Assembly (NCBI GenBank): GCA_013911655.1
Contig: JACESU010000003.1
Coordinates: 65,996 to 129,995, forward strand
Length of the DNA: 64,000 nucleotides
DNA from: Alphaproteobacteria bacterium
Lineage (GTDB): Bacteria; Pseudomonadota; Alphaproteobacteria; Caedimonadales; UBA1908
Direction of reading: 5' to 3'
The notes under the pieces were generated by a model. It worked only from the letters and a program-made list of their open reading frames with translations. It searched no databases and had not been told where the DNA came from. Below are positions 40,101 to 48,965 of the stretch, one piece after another. Position numbers and translations under genes: made by a program. Position 1 is the stretch's first letter. Each line of letters starts with the position of its first letter.

Positions 40101-40270
40101 TCCACAAGATCCTGATCCTTTGCCCTATCTCTTACGTGGGTGACAAGGATTTCTGCTTGCACTTTAATCTCATCCAAGGTGTTTTCGTCAAGGTGGGCCT
40201 CTTTCAGAAGGCGCGCGACAACATCTGCTTCTGGGGCAAGATAAAGATCATCCAGGTTCTGTGTGAGCAT
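37163..40270 (-). CDS. putA: Bifunctional proline dehydrogenase / L-glutamate gamma-semialdehyde dehydrogenase PutA (no N-terminal DNA-binding domain evident)
   Basis: About 1035 aa with a PRODH barrel and an ALDH domain (ETGGQN, FQSAGQRCSA). The ATG at 40270 has an AAGGGAGG Shine-Dalgarno. Confidence 0.9.
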   Translation of the reverse strand: MLTQNLDDLYLAPEADVVARLLKEAHLDENTLDEIKVQAEILVTHVRDRAKDQDLVDAFMGQYELSTQEGVLLMCLAEALLRIPDAPTAKKLLRDKLGQADFEKYLNRHSSFLVNASTKALQMTASLLKEDHHETWSGRLKNLLARSSEPVIRRAAFQAMRLLSGKFVVGRTIKQALGAARAGTEKGYSYSFDMLGEGAQTTEDARRYFEEYKGALLAVAALPRTLQGLDHPGVSIKLSALHPRYEHAQEERLLKDLIPTLKELCLIAQKENLMLTIDAEEADRLELSLKIFKALYEDSDLQPWEGLGLAVQAYQKRALGVLAYLKDLSTKTRKKIPVRLVKGAYWDTEIKRAQERGLEDYPVFTRKASTDVSYLVCAKYLLENNQTFLPAFATHNARTLATIMTLAKDRRDFEFQRLHGMGETLYETLVGTNGAGYLCRVYAPVGAHQDLLPYLVRRLLENGANSSFVNKIADPTLPLDILNQDPVEYLQTMSSLRHPNIPLPRDLYGPERLNSMGLEFSKDSAATDLMMALDTPSFPVLCFPLVDGVAKKTGKVIDKGCPFQKNLLISKTHQADEETLLEAITVADKAFDQWSRTPAVKRANILIRAAELLEARLSEFMTLCVHEGGKTLPDALSEVREAIDFCRYYASEGARQLQDPLVLPGPTGEKNTLTLVGRGVFACISPWNFPLAIFMGQVSAALMAGNTVLAKPAAQTPLIAQKTIELLYEAGIPKDVLHFLPCPGSLFGKVVLGDSRLRGVAFTGSTHTAWQINETLAKKKGVIVPLIAETGGQNVMIVDSSALIEQVVKDVISSSFQSAGQRCSALRILFVQEDIAPRFTEMLKGAMAELVLGDPRHLKTDVGPVIDEDAKNELSAHQEKMTRESRLLYQCDLPREVADIGTFVAPSTFVLETLDLLDDEKFGPILHILTFKGEDLDGVIQKVNALGFGLTFGLHTRLDSRIEEIARKIKAGNLYINRNMIGAVVGVQPFGGQGLSGTGPKAGGPHYLQRFTTEKTISVDITAQGGNAQLMTLDG

Positions 40271-40465
40271 CACATGCCTCCCTTATAAGGTCATTCACTC
40301 GTTGAAGGAGGTATAATCGCAAAAAACTCCTTTTCAAAGAGTTAATTTTTTGTGTCAATGAAAAAGCATTTTTAAGATTTGTTTTTCTTGACGCGCTGTT
40401 CAGAAAGCGCGACACTCTCCTCGCTTTTCAACCAAGACGCTTTCAATTATTCGGAGCTTTCAAGT

Positions 40466-40990
40466 ATGACAAAACCATTGTCTTCCCTTAGATCTATATT
40501 TTTTTTCAGCGCTGCAACCCTAGCCCTTTACGGATGTGCTGGGAGCGGCGCTAAGGTTGATTATGAAGATATCGAAACCAAGCGTGAGAGAAAGGACGCA
40601 CACCTTGGTAAACTTTTTGGCAGCGACACCCTAGTGTTTGGAGAGTCCGCAACCCCTAAAGAAAAGTCCGGTATTGGTGTCAGCGCCTATTTGTGGCGGG
40701 CGACCCTTGATACGCTTTCTTTCATGCCTCTTTCTATGGTGGACCCTTTTGGGGGGGTGATTTTGACCGACTGGTACTCGCCAGCTAATGCGCCCCAAGA
40801 GCGTCTTAAAGTTGATGTGCGTATCCTTACCAAAGATCTTCGCTCTGATGGGTTGAAAGTGTCCGTGTTTCGTCAGAAGATGGTGGCGGGTCAATGGGTC
40901 ACCGAAACAGTGAGTGAGGAGACCCAGAAGGAACTAGAAGAGGCCATTTTAAGACGCGCCCGCGCCTTGAAAAGTCATCAAATTCACTAG
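40466..40990 (+). CDS. DUF3576 family lipoprotein
   Basis: Lipobox [22 protein letters not shown]...[12 protein letters not shown] is typical of DUF3576, which commonly precedes leuS in Alphaproteobacteria. Confidence 0.7.
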   Translation: MTKPLSSLRSIFFFSAATLALYGCAGSGAKVDYEDIETKRERKDAHLGKLFGSDTLVFGESATPKEKSGIGVSAYLWRATLDTLSFMPLSMVDPFGGVILTDWYSPANAPQERLKVDVRILTKDLRSDGLKVSVFRQKMVAGQWVTETVSEETQKELEEAILRRARALKSHQIH

Positions 40991-41013
40991 GAAAAACAGG
41001 AATAGTTAAGAAC

Positions 41014-43575
41014 ATGTCGCAAGAGTCAGGCTACCCGTTTAGGGATGTGGAAAAAAAATGGCAGCACGCCTGGAAAGACCAAAAAGCTTTCGAGGCCAAG
41101 GAAGACACTGACAAAAAGTACTACGTCCTTGAAATGTTTCCCTATCCCTCGGGCCGACTTCATATGGGGCATGTGCGTAATTACACCATTGGAGACGTGA
41201 TCGCGCGTTTTTACCGAGCAAAGGGATATGATGTTTTACATCCCATGGGGTGGGACTCTTTTGGGTCACCTGCGGAAAACGCGGCCCTTGAGCGTAAAGT
41301 GAATCCCAAAGATTGGACCCTTGAGAATATTTCCTTTATGCGGGATGAGCTTCAGGCCCTTGGGTTTTCCTATGACTGGGACCGCGAACTGACCACGTGT
41401 CTTCCTGACTATTATGGGCACGAGCAAAAACTGTTCCTTGAGTTTTTAAAGGCCGGATTCGTGTACCGCAAAGAGAGCTTTGTGAATTGGGATCCTGTGG
41501 ACTTGACGGTCTTGTCCAACGAGCAAGTGGTGGATGGACGTGGATGGCGATCGGGTGCCATCGTTGAAAAGAAAAAGCTCAGTCAGTGGTATTTACGCAT
41601 CACCGACGAGGCTGAGTCATTGTTGGCAGGTCTTGAGACCTTAGAAGGATGGCCTGACAAAGTTAAAACCATGCAGCGCAACTGGATTGGTAAGTCAGTG
41701 GGTGCCAATATTCAGTTTGAGATTGAAGGCAAGCCTGAGCCCCTGACAATTTTCACCACAAGGCCAGATACGATCTATGGGGCAAGCTACTTAGCTCTTT
41801 CCCCCCATCATCCGCTGGTGGAGGAGCTTTCAAAGTCGCATCCAGAGATTGCGGCCTTCGTTGAAGAATGCCAACGTTCTGGTACCAGCCAAGAAATTTT
41901 GGACAAAGCCGAAAAGAAGGGCATCAAGACACCCCTTGTGGCGGTGCATCCTTTTGATCCTAGTTGGAAGCTTCCTGTCTACGTCGCGAACTTTGTCTTG
42001 ATGGATTATGGTACGGGCGCCCTTTTTGCGGTTCCTGCCCACGATCAACGCGATCTAGAATTCGCAAGACTTTATAATCTTCCTATAAAGCCTGTGGTGC
42101 GCGCCGATGAAACCCTTGAAACCGTCATTGAAAAAGACGCTTATACGGGGGATGGCACCCTTTATAACTCCGCCTTTTTGGACGGGATGACGGTGGAGGC
42201 CGCGCAAAAACAAGTGATCGCGCGCCTTGAATCGGCCAACAAAGGGGGGGCGTGCCTGACGTACCGCCTACGCGATTGGGGAGTATCCAGGCAGCGCTAT
42301 TGGGGATGTCTCATTCCCATGATTCACTGCCATGATTGTGGTCCTGTTGCTGTGCCTGAAAAGGATTTGCCGGTTCTTTTACCAGAAGATGTTGTCTTTG
42401 ACAGGCCCGGAAACCCCCTTGACCGTATGGACGCGTGGAAAAAAGTTTCTTGTCCCCAGTGCGGCAAGGACGCTGTGCGCGAAACAGATACGTTGGATAC
42501 GTTTTTTAACTCTAGCTGGTATTTTGCGCGGTTCTGCTGTCCCCATGAGAAAACGCCCCTGGATGCCAAAAAAACAACCCATTGGATGCCTGTTGATCAA
42601 TATATTGGCGGCGTCGAGCATGCAATTTTGCACCTGCTTTATGCCAGATACTTTACAAGGTGTCTTAAAAAGCTTGGTTATGTCAACGTTGAGGAGCCCT
42701 TTAAGGCGCTTCTTACCCAAGGGATGATTTGTCACGAAACCTACAAGACCAAAGAGACGGGGCAATGGGTGTTTCCGGCTGAGATCTTGTACAAGGACGA
42801 CGGCACCCTTGTGCGGCAGAGCGACGGCGCTCTGGTCACTAAGGGGCGCTCTGAAAAAATGAGTAAATCAAAGAAAAACGTTGTGGATGTGGCACCAATC
42901 CTGCGTGATTACGGCGTGGATGCCACGCGTCTTTTCATGATTTCAGACTCCCCGCCCGAGCGTGACCTTGAATGGACGGACGCTGGGATTCACGGTGTGT
43001 GGAAATATTTGAACCGCGTGTGGCGTCAGCTCGAGACCTTGGCTGGTGACAAAGCGCCAGCGCCAACCTCAGAGCACTCTGTGCACGATAAAACCTTTTT
43101 GCAGACGACCCATAGACTTACTCATGCCATGACCAAAGACTTAGAGGTGTTTGGTTTGAATAGTTACGCGGCGCGCCTGCGCGAGTACACAAATGCCCTT
43201 GTGGACGCAGCAAATGGTGAACAAGTTAGTAAGGCTTTGATTTGGCAAGGAGCAAAAACTCTTTTGAAACTCATGAACCCTGTTGTACCCCATTTAGCAG
43301 AAGAGTTGTGGGCGCGCATGGGTGAAGAGACCTGCCTTGCCCTGTCGTCTTGGCCTGAGGCGGATCCCCAGTGGCTAACACGAGATTCTGTTACCGTTGC
43401 TATTCAAATTAATGGTAAGCTACGGGCAACTTTGGATGTGTCTCCGACACTGGATCAAGACTCGTTGGTGCGTGAGGCTACAGCCCTTGCGCGGATCCAA
43501 GAGTTGATGGCAGGCGGAACGCTAAGAAAAACAATTTATATTCCAGGAAAGGTGCTGAATCTTGTGGTCGCGTAG
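41014..43575 (+). CDS. leuS: Leucyl-tRNA synthetase
   Basis: HMGH (HIGH-type) and KMSKS motifs plus an editing domain, 853 aa. Confidence 0.97.
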   Translation: MSQESGYPFRDVEKKWQHAWKDQKAFEAKEDTDKKYYVLEMFPYPSGRLHMGHVRNYTIGDVIARFYRAKGYDVLHPMGWDSFGSPAENAALERKVNPKDWTLENISFMRDELQALGFSYDWDRELTTCLPDYYGHEQKLFLEFLKAGFVYRKESFVNWDPVDLTVLSNEQVVDGRGWRSGAIVEKKKLSQWYLRITDEAESLLAGLETLEGWPDKVKTMQRNWIGKSVGANIQFEIEGKPEPLTIFTTRPDTIYGASYLALSPHHPLVEELSKSHPEIAAFVEECQRSGTSQEILDKAEKKGIKTPLVAVHPFDPSWKLPVYVANFVLMDYGTGALFAVPAHDQRDLEFARLYNLPIKPVVRADETLETVIEKDAYTGDGTLYNSAFLDGMTVEAAQKQVIARLESANKGGACLTYRLRDWGVSRQRYWGCLIPMIHCHDCGPVAVPEKDLPVLLPEDVVFDRPGNPLDRMDAWKKVSCPQCGKDAVRETDTLDTFFNSSWYFARFCCPHEKTPLDAKKTTHWMPVDQYIGGVEHAILHLLYARYFTRCLKKLGYVNVEEPFKALLTQGMICHETYKTKETGQWVFPAEILYKDDGTLVRQSDGALVTKGRSEKMSKSKKNVVDVAPILRDYGVDATRLFMISDSPPERDLEWTDAGIHGVWKYLNRVWRQLETLAGDKAPAPTSEHSVHDKTFLQTTHRLTHAMTKDLEVFGLNSYAARLREYTNALVDAANGEQVSKALIWQGAKTLLKLMNPVVPHLAEELWARMGEETCLALSSWPEADPQWLTRDSVTVAIQINGKLRATLDVSPTLDQDSLVREATALARIQELMAGGTLRKTIYIPGKVLNLVVA

Positions 43576-44092
43576 TTTTCTGATATTTGGGGCGCTCGTT
43601 TTGTCGGGTTGTGGATTTAGGCCTTTGTATGCGCCAGACGCACCGTGTGATGCGGCCAGCGCTGTGCGGGTGGACACCATTGCCGAGCGTGAAGGTCAGC
43701 TTTTAAGGCGCGGTCTTTTGACGCTTTTCGAGCCGCACGGTCCTTGTGCTCATCCGGTCTATAACCTTGTGACAACCGTGGATATCCAAAAATCAGAATT
43801 TGGTCTGCGCCGCGATAACACCGCGCAAAGAAACCGTATGACGGCAACTGTAAACTATCAACTTTTGGATATCAAAACAAAAGCACCTGTCTACACGGCT
43901 AAGAAAACAGCCATCACCAGTTATGCCGTTGGCTCAAGCGCCACCACCAGTGTGTTGCCGCTGATCGTTTCGGAAAAAGACGCAAAAGCAAGGCTCATGG
44001 AAGAGCTTGCGCTGGCAATTCATACGGACGTGCTTGTGTATCTACAAGAGCTGAAGTCAAAAGAGCCAGCTCAGGCACCAAGCGCACCCTAA
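43562..44092 (+). CDS. lptE: LPS-assembly lipoprotein LptE
   Basis: [10 protein letters not shown] lipobox and N-terminus hallmark. It lies between leuS and holA. TTG start overlaps the leuS end. Confidence 0.7.
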   Translation: MWSRSFLIFGALVLSGCGFRPLYAPDAPCDAASAVRVDTIAEREGQLLRRGLLTLFEPHGPCAHPVYNLVTTVDIQKSEFGLRRDNTAQRNRMTATVNYQLLDIKTKAPVYTAKKTAITSYAVGSSATTSVLPLIVSEKDAKARLMEELALAIHTDVLVYLQELKSKEPAQAPSAP

Positions 44093-44098
44093 AGCCCC

Positions 44099-45103
44099 AT
44101 GAAAAGCACGTCTCTTGCGTATGTCTTAACACCAAAAAACCCGGATTTCCGGGTTTTTTGTTTGTACGGCAATCGCCAAGAGGTGATGACGTGGCGCCGG
44201 TATTTGCTGCGTGCATATACGAAGCTTGTGAATCCCGCTTTGTCACACATCTATGTGAATGAAATCCCAACGCCGACACCGTCTTTGTGGGGAAGTGAAA
44301 AAGAACATCTCTATTTTTTGGATAAAACGGTCTCTCCCAAGGAAATGCCCGCGCTTCTTGCCGCAAAAGGGGTGAGTGTTTTCGAGCACAAGTCCCTGAC
44401 GTCAAAATCACCCCTTTTGAAAGAGTATGAAACGCACCCCCAGGTCCTGTTTGTGTCCTGCTATGACGCGCCGTTTTTAGAGGTCGAAAAATGGCTGTTA
44501 CTTTTGAAAAATCTGAAAGACATTTCCTTTGAGACCGCAAGTGTCGCAAGACTGCGCCTTTTATGGCATCAAGGGCCTGAACTCCTTCCGGATCTTTTTG
44601 ATAAGCTTTTGTTGTTAGAAAAAAAGACGGTGTTAGATGAGGATTTGCTCGCGTTAATGCCACCTGCATCGTTCCAAAAAAGCCATCATCTGCTTGAGGC
44701 CTTTTTAGCGTCTGACCGGGCATCTTTTATCAAAGCACTTGCGGGGGGCACGTACAAAGACGAGGACACGTTTATGTTGGTGCGTCAGGTTTTGGGGATT
44801 CTAAAACCGCTCCACCTGGCGCTGGCCCGCATCCTTCAAGGGGAATCCCCCGTGCAGGCTATCAAAGCCCAGAGATACCCTCTCTTCTTTGGGAAAGAAG
44901 GGGACCTTGCGCGTATTCTTTCAAAGCATCACGCGCAAAGTTTTTCAGCGCTTTTAGGGCTTGTGTGGGACATGGAAAAAGATCAAAAATCTCAAACGTT
45001 GTCCCCGGTTGCCGAACGCAGGTGGGTCCAACTTTATGCCCTGTTTCACGCCGGAAAAGACGGCCACAAAGAATCAGGACGCCACACAAAAATGTATGCT
45101 TAG
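44099..45103 (+). CDS. holA: DNA polymerase III delta subunit (probable)
   Basis: Conserved leuS-lptE-holA synteny, size 334 aa, helical C-terminal domain. Sequence motifs are weak by eye. Confidence 0.6.
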   Translation: MKSTSLAYVLTPKNPDFRVFCLYGNRQEVMTWRRYLLRAYTKLVNPALSHIYVNEIPTPTPSLWGSEKEHLYFLDKTVSPKEMPALLAAKGVSVFEHKSLTSKSPLLKEYETHPQVLFVSCYDAPFLEVEKWLLLLKNLKDISFETASVARLRLLWHQGPELLPDLFDKLLLLEKKTVLDEDLLALMPPASFQKSHHLLEAFLASDRASFIKALAGGTYKDEDTFMLVRQVLGILKPLHLALARILQGESPVQAIKAQRYPLFFGKEGDLARILSKHHAQSFSALLGLVWDMEKDQKSQTLSPVAERRWVQLYALFHAGKDGHKESGRHTKMYA

Positions 45104-45108
45104 AAAAG

Positions 45109-45849
45109 CTATCCTGCCCCGAATCCTTTGATCAAGCTTCCAACCAACATATGCCACCCGTCCACCAGAACAAAAAAGATGACCTTAAAGGGCAGGGAAA
45201 TCATCATGGGCGGGACCATCATCATACCCATGGACATCAAGACTGACGCCACTACTAAGTCAATGATGATAAAGGGAAGAAAAATCATAAACCCAATTTC
45301 GAAGGCACGCCGAAGCTCGCTTATCATAAAGGCTGGCACAAGAGCCTTAAGAGGGGTTTCCTCGGGCTTTTGAATCGCGGTCTCCTTGGACATATCAAGG
45401 AATAGCCCCAGATCTTTTTCCCGTACGTGGGATAGCATAAATTCTTTGAGGGGAAGGGACGCTTTGTCAAAGGCTTCTTCCTCTCCCATTTTCTCTTGAA
45501 TATACGGCGCCACCCCCGCGTCATAACTTTTTTGAAGGGTGGGACCCATGACAAACGCCGTCATAAAAAGAGCCAGGCTGACGAGTACCGTGTTGGGAGG
45601 CGATTGCTGAAGACCAAGGGCGCTTCGCAGGAAAGAAAAAACAATGACCATCCGGGTAAAGGAAGTCAGCATCATCAAAAGCGAGGGAGCAAGACTTAGG
45701 ACCGTGAGAATCAAGACAAGTTGCACCATCCGGCCCGTGAAACTGGGGCCGTCTCCCATGTCAAAAGACAGAGACTGGGCAAGAGCTAGGTCGCACCAAA
45801 AAAGGCTTAAAACGAGGCAGGTTAAGATGACAAAGGGCCTAACCATCAA
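45109..45849 (-). CDS. fliP: Flagellar type III export apparatus protein FliP
   Basis: LTSFTRMVIVFSFLRSALGLQQSPPN and FLPFIIIDLVVASVLMSMGMMM signatures. Confidence 0.9.
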   Translation of the reverse strand: MMVRPFVILTCLVLSLFWCDLALAQSLSFDMGDGPSFTGRMVQLVLILTVLSLAPSLLMMLTSFTRMVIVFSFLRSALGLQQSPPNTVLVSLALFMTAFVMGPTLQKSYDAGVAPYIQEKMGEEEAFDKASLPLKEFMLSHVREKDLGLFLDMSKETAIQKPEETPLKALVPAFMISELRRAFEIGFMIFLPFIIIDLVVASVLMSMGMMMVPPMMISLPFKVIFFVLVDGWHMLVGSLIKGFGAG

Positions 45850-46169
45850 AGCCTTCCTCGGTCAATTCTGGGGCCAGGCAAAGGGGCTGGCTCTGCCTTT
45901 TCATCCTCTTTGGGGGGGACTTCTAGGAGTTGCTCTCCCGTGGGGCTAAGCAGCAGCAGATACTGACGCTTGTCCACCCCCACAAGAAGAAGATTCCTTT
46001 TGGGGTCAAGGGGAAGGCTACTGATAATTTGTAAGGCGTCCGTGCGTCCTTTTAAGGTTGGGGTATAGCCAAAGAGCTGAAACCGTTTTACTAAAAACGC
46101 ACAAACGCCCAAAAGGGCGAGAACACCCACAAGGCCTAAAATTAGACGGCTGTATTGGACAAGGTCCAT
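45846..46169 (-). CDS. fliO: Flagellar biosynthesis protein FliO (probable)
   Basis: Single membrane helix followed by LQIISSLPLDPKRNLLLVGVDKRQYLLLLSPTG, a FliO-like core. 4-nt overlap with fliP. Confidence 0.65.
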   Translation of the reverse strand: MDLVQYSRLILGLVGVLALLGVCAFLVKRFQLFGYTPTLKGRTDALQIISSLPLDPKRNLLLVGVDKRQYLLLLSPTGEQLLEVPPKEDEKAEPAPLPGPRIDRGRL

Positions 46170-46170
46170 G

Positions 46171-46482
46171 CTATTTTCCTGTGGTGTTGCGGGCGTACGC
46201 GTTTAATCCCTGCTTTCGTTTAACGGAATGTGCGATTTCGTCTTTGAGACGCACCAATTCCCTGGACGCATTTTGAGATAAAAGGGTGAGCTGCTTTGAA
46301 AGCTTTTGGACGTACTGATGATCCTCGTAGGTTAGATTATTTTCATCAATGCTATCAAGAAAGGTCGATATCCTTTCAACTATAGCTGAGAAATCCACTT
46401 CTTTATGCTGGGATAAATCCTGACAAAAGCTGTCGAGGTAGGCAGATAACTCTTCAAAAGTTTTTTGATAGGGTGTTGTCAT
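46171..46482 (-). CDS. Small helical protein, possibly a FliT-like flagellar chaperone
   Basis: 103 aa, predicted all-helical. The C-terminal KRKQGLNAYARN resembles the conserved C-terminal K-x-x-L-x-AYG motif of enterobacterial FliT as I recall it. It overlaps csrA by 4 nt and abuts fliO. Confidence 0.4.
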   Translation of the reverse strand: MTTPYQKTFEELSAYLDSFCQDLSQHKEVDFSAIVERISTFLDSIDENNLTYEDHQYVQKLSKQLTLLSQNASRELVRLKDEIAHSVKRKQGLNAYARNTTGK

Positions 46483-46691
46483 AACAGTACCTCTCCTACA
46501 AGTCTACCGCTTTCAAGGGCTTTTTTGTTTTCCTGGTGAATACGATCATATACTTCTTGGCGCAGTACCGTTGTCCCTTGTGGGTACTCGAAAAGTAATT
46601 TGGCTGACTTTCCTTTGCACTCCACCAGGGTAACGCGTATTTGATCATTAATGACGACAGATTCGCCCGCTTTGCGTGTCAGATATAACAT
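46479..46691 (-). CDS. csrA: Carbon storage regulator / translational repressor CsrA
   Basis: MLYLTRKAGESVVINDQIRVTLVECKGKSAKLLFEYPQGTTVLRQEVYDRI aligns along its length with the CsrA consensus (MLILTRR.GE...I.D.I.V.V......V..G..AP....V.REE.Y.RI). The ATG at 46691 has a GGAGGAG Shine-Dalgarno. Confidence 0.85.
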   Translation of the reverse strand: MLYLTRKAGESVVINDQIRVTLVECKGKSAKLLFEYPQGTTVLRQEVYDRIHQENKKALESGRLVGEVLL

Positions 46692-46742
46692 CTGCTCCTC
46701 CTTTAAAGGATAGTAACACACGCATAGAAAACCACAATCTGT

Positions 46743-47471
46743 TTAAGCTAAATACTGGCCGCCGTTAATAGAAAGGGTGGAACCTGTAATAAAGCCGGCA
46801 TGATCGCTTGCTAAAAAAACGACAGCTCTTGAGATATCTTGGGTCGTACCAAGGCGTCCCACGGGAATTTGCGCGACAATTTTTTGAAGAATCTCAGGCG
46901 ATACTTGGCGGACCATATCTGTTTCAATATAGCCGGGTGCAATGACGTTCACCGTAATCCCGCGGCTGGCTGTTTCAAGGGCAAGGGCCTTGGAAAATCC
47001 TAGAAGGCCTGCCTTGGCAGCGCAGTAATTGGTTTGCCCGAGTTGTCCTTTTTGTCCGTTAATAGAGCTTATGTTGATAATACGCCCAAAGCTGCGCTCG
47101 CGCATTCCATCAAGGACCACACGTGTCATGTTAAAACAAGAGGTAAGGTTTGTTTCAATAACTTGATGCCACTGGTCCTCGGACATTTTGTGAAACATGC
47201 CGTCGCGCGTGATACCTGCGTTATTCACAAGAATATCAATGGGGCCAACTTCCCGCGTAATGGTATCTACGCCTTCACGGCAAGCCTTTGCGTCACTTAC
47301 ATCCCATTTATAGGCTTTGATTCTGGTTTGTCTTGAAAAACTGTCAGCCGCCTGATCATTTCCGTGATAGGTCGCAACCACTTCATAGTCGGCATTTTTG
47401 AGCGCAAAACAAATGGCCTCGCCAATTCCTCTTGTTCCTCCTGTGACCAGTGCGACGCGTTTTCCCTGCAT
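46743..47471 (-). CDS. phaB: Acetoacetyl-CoA reductase (SDR family, PhaB-type)
   Basis: TGGTRGIG, NNAGITRD, and INISSINGQKGQLGQTNYCAAKAG, which is typical of PhaB. It is adjacent to a PHA synthase gene. Confidence 0.8.
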   Translation of the reverse strand: MQGKRVALVTGGTRGIGEAICFALKNADYEVVATYHGNDQAADSFSRQTRIKAYKWDVSDAKACREGVDTITREVGPIDILVNNAGITRDGMFHKMSEDQWHQVIETNLTSCFNMTRVVLDGMRERSFGRIINISSINGQKGQLGQTNYCAAKAGLLGFSKALALETASRGITVNVIAPGYIETDMVRQVSPEILQKIVAQIPVGRLGTTQDISRAVVFLASDHAGFITGSTLSINGGQYLA

Positions 47472-47489
47472 TTTTTATAATCCTTTCTT

Positions 47490-48662
47490 TTAATGATGAT
47501 GTGTTGGTTTGTTTAACCAGTGAACAAACGGCTCCCAAAAGGCTTCTTTGGCTTTTTGGGAAACAAGAATACCGACATGCCCCAACTCTGGCATCAAGAC
47601 TTGAGGATTTGGTAGCGCCTCGGCCAAGGGAAGCGCGGAATTAATTTTGACAATCTTATCTTGCGTTGGGATCACCACAAGGGTATGGGGGAGCGCGTCA
47701 AGACTGATCTTTTGTCCAGCGATATGATGATGGTGATAGGGGATATTTGCATCGTACCAGTCCGTCAGACACTCTTTAAAAACATCCCAAGGAAGAGGGC
47801 GAAGAGCTGTGAGCCAATCTTCGAGAGCTAGAAAAAAGCGTGAGGGGTCAACCCCTTGATCTTTTTTTCGCGCCAGTTCTTGAAATTTCTTTTGAATGGA
47901 AAAAGGCTCGATGCTGTGAAACATGAGCTGTAGAAAAGAGGAAGGAATACACTTTTTCTCGTCAAGAAACGGCAAAAGGAGTGCTTCGATATTATCGCTT
48001 TCAAAAGAGGATGTTTTTTCAAAAAGCCAGGGAGTGGCTAAAAGTGCGATTCCTTTAAAGGGAAGACGGCTCTTCTCGGCAACAGCCAGAGAAAGAAGCC
48101 CCCCCATACAGTAACCGGCCAAGTGAAACCCTTGGGGAAGTATCACCATAAGCTCTTGAAAAGCCTGAGAAAGTTTCAAAACATAATCACCGAGTCCTTG
48201 GTCAGTAAGTGTCTCTGGGGTGGGTGATTTCCATTCTACTAGCAGGGGGCACACGCCTCTTGATTTTAAATAATCAAAAAAACTGTGATCTGGCAAAAGA
48301 TCAAAAATATGGCCATGATTTAAAAGAGACGGGATAAAAAGAACAATCGGTCCTTTGTGGCAACCCGGTTCCGTTTCATGGGCACGGATCTTCAAGTGGG
48401 AATTTTCAATCATAAGATGGCCACGAGATGCTTGGGGAAGCCTTTTGGTGGCGTGGTAAATCGTGATGCCCTTTAAAAAATCTTGATATTGAGAGAGGGC
48501 TTCTTTGAAAAGTGGCGCGCTTTCATCCCAGATAAGAGAACCTCTTTTGTCTTCAACAAGCGTTCTTTTTAAGGCGGCAAAAGAATCTTCTTGCTGACTC
48601 ATGTGCGAGACTACAGAAAGAAAGTGAAGCTGCGTATGAAACCCCAAAAGAAGTGGATGCAT
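47490..48662 (-). CDS. phaC: Class III/IV-type poly(3-hydroxyalkanoate) synthase PhaC-like alpha/beta hydrolase
   Basis: About 390 aa, lipase-like box with Cys (LAGYCMGGLL), next to phaB. The class assignment is inferred from size. Confidence 0.7.
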   Translation of the reverse strand: MHPLLLGFHTQLHFLSVVSHMSQQEDSFAALKRTLVEDKRGSLIWDESAPLFKEALSQYQDFLKGITIYHATKRLPQASRGHLMIENSHLKIRAHETEPGCHKGPIVLFIPSLLNHGHIFDLLPDHSFFDYLKSRGVCPLLVEWKSPTPETLTDQGLGDYVLKLSQAFQELMVILPQGFHLAGYCMGGLLSLAVAEKSRLPFKGIALLATPWLFEKTSSFESDNIEALLLPFLDEKKCIPSSFLQLMFHSIEPFSIQKKFQELARKKDQGVDPSRFFLALEDWLTALRPLPWDVFKECLTDWYDANIPYHHHHIAGQKISLDALPHTLVVIPTQDKIVKINSALPLAEALPNPQVLMPELGHVGILVSQKAKEAFWEPFVHWLNKPTHHH

Positions 48663-48674
48663 AAAATCCCTACC

Positions 48675-48824
48675 TTATGGGGTGTTCTTCTTAAGGGCGT
48701 CTTCAAAGGAGGTTAAAGTTTTCTCCCAAAGCGCAAATGTTTCCTTTTGAAGTTCTTCATTAAAGATAGTTTTTTCGGCTACTTTTTCCCAAAAATCAAG
48801 GTATAGCTTTCCTAGATTTTCCAT
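48675..48824 (-). CDS. Unannotated 49-aa ORF upstream of phaC (hypothetical)
   Basis: MENLGKLYLDFWEKVAEKTIFNEELQKETFALWEKTLTSFEDALKKNTP. GGGAG Shine-Dalgarno 8 nt upstream, stop 12 nt before the phaC ATG. It is below the ORF-track size cutoff. Confidence 0.3.
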   Translation of the reverse strand: MENLGKLYLDFWEKVAEKTIFNEELQKETFALWEKTLTSFEDALKKNTP

Positions 48825-48965
48825 GCGAGCGCTCCCTTTATTTGTCTCATTAAGGGAACTATAGCCCAGGTAAGATTCAAAAGAAAAGAGGGTCTTATGA
48901 TGTTTTCTTTTAGCGCCAAAATAGGAGAGATGTTCTGGCGCTAAAAGAATCGTTTAAGAGAGGTG

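Noticed and set aside
43995-44723. 242-aa minus-strand ORF antisense to lptE/holA
   Set aside because: Arg/Pro/Thr-rich composition with no motifs. It overlaps the syntenic leuS-lptE-holA genes, which have proper starts.
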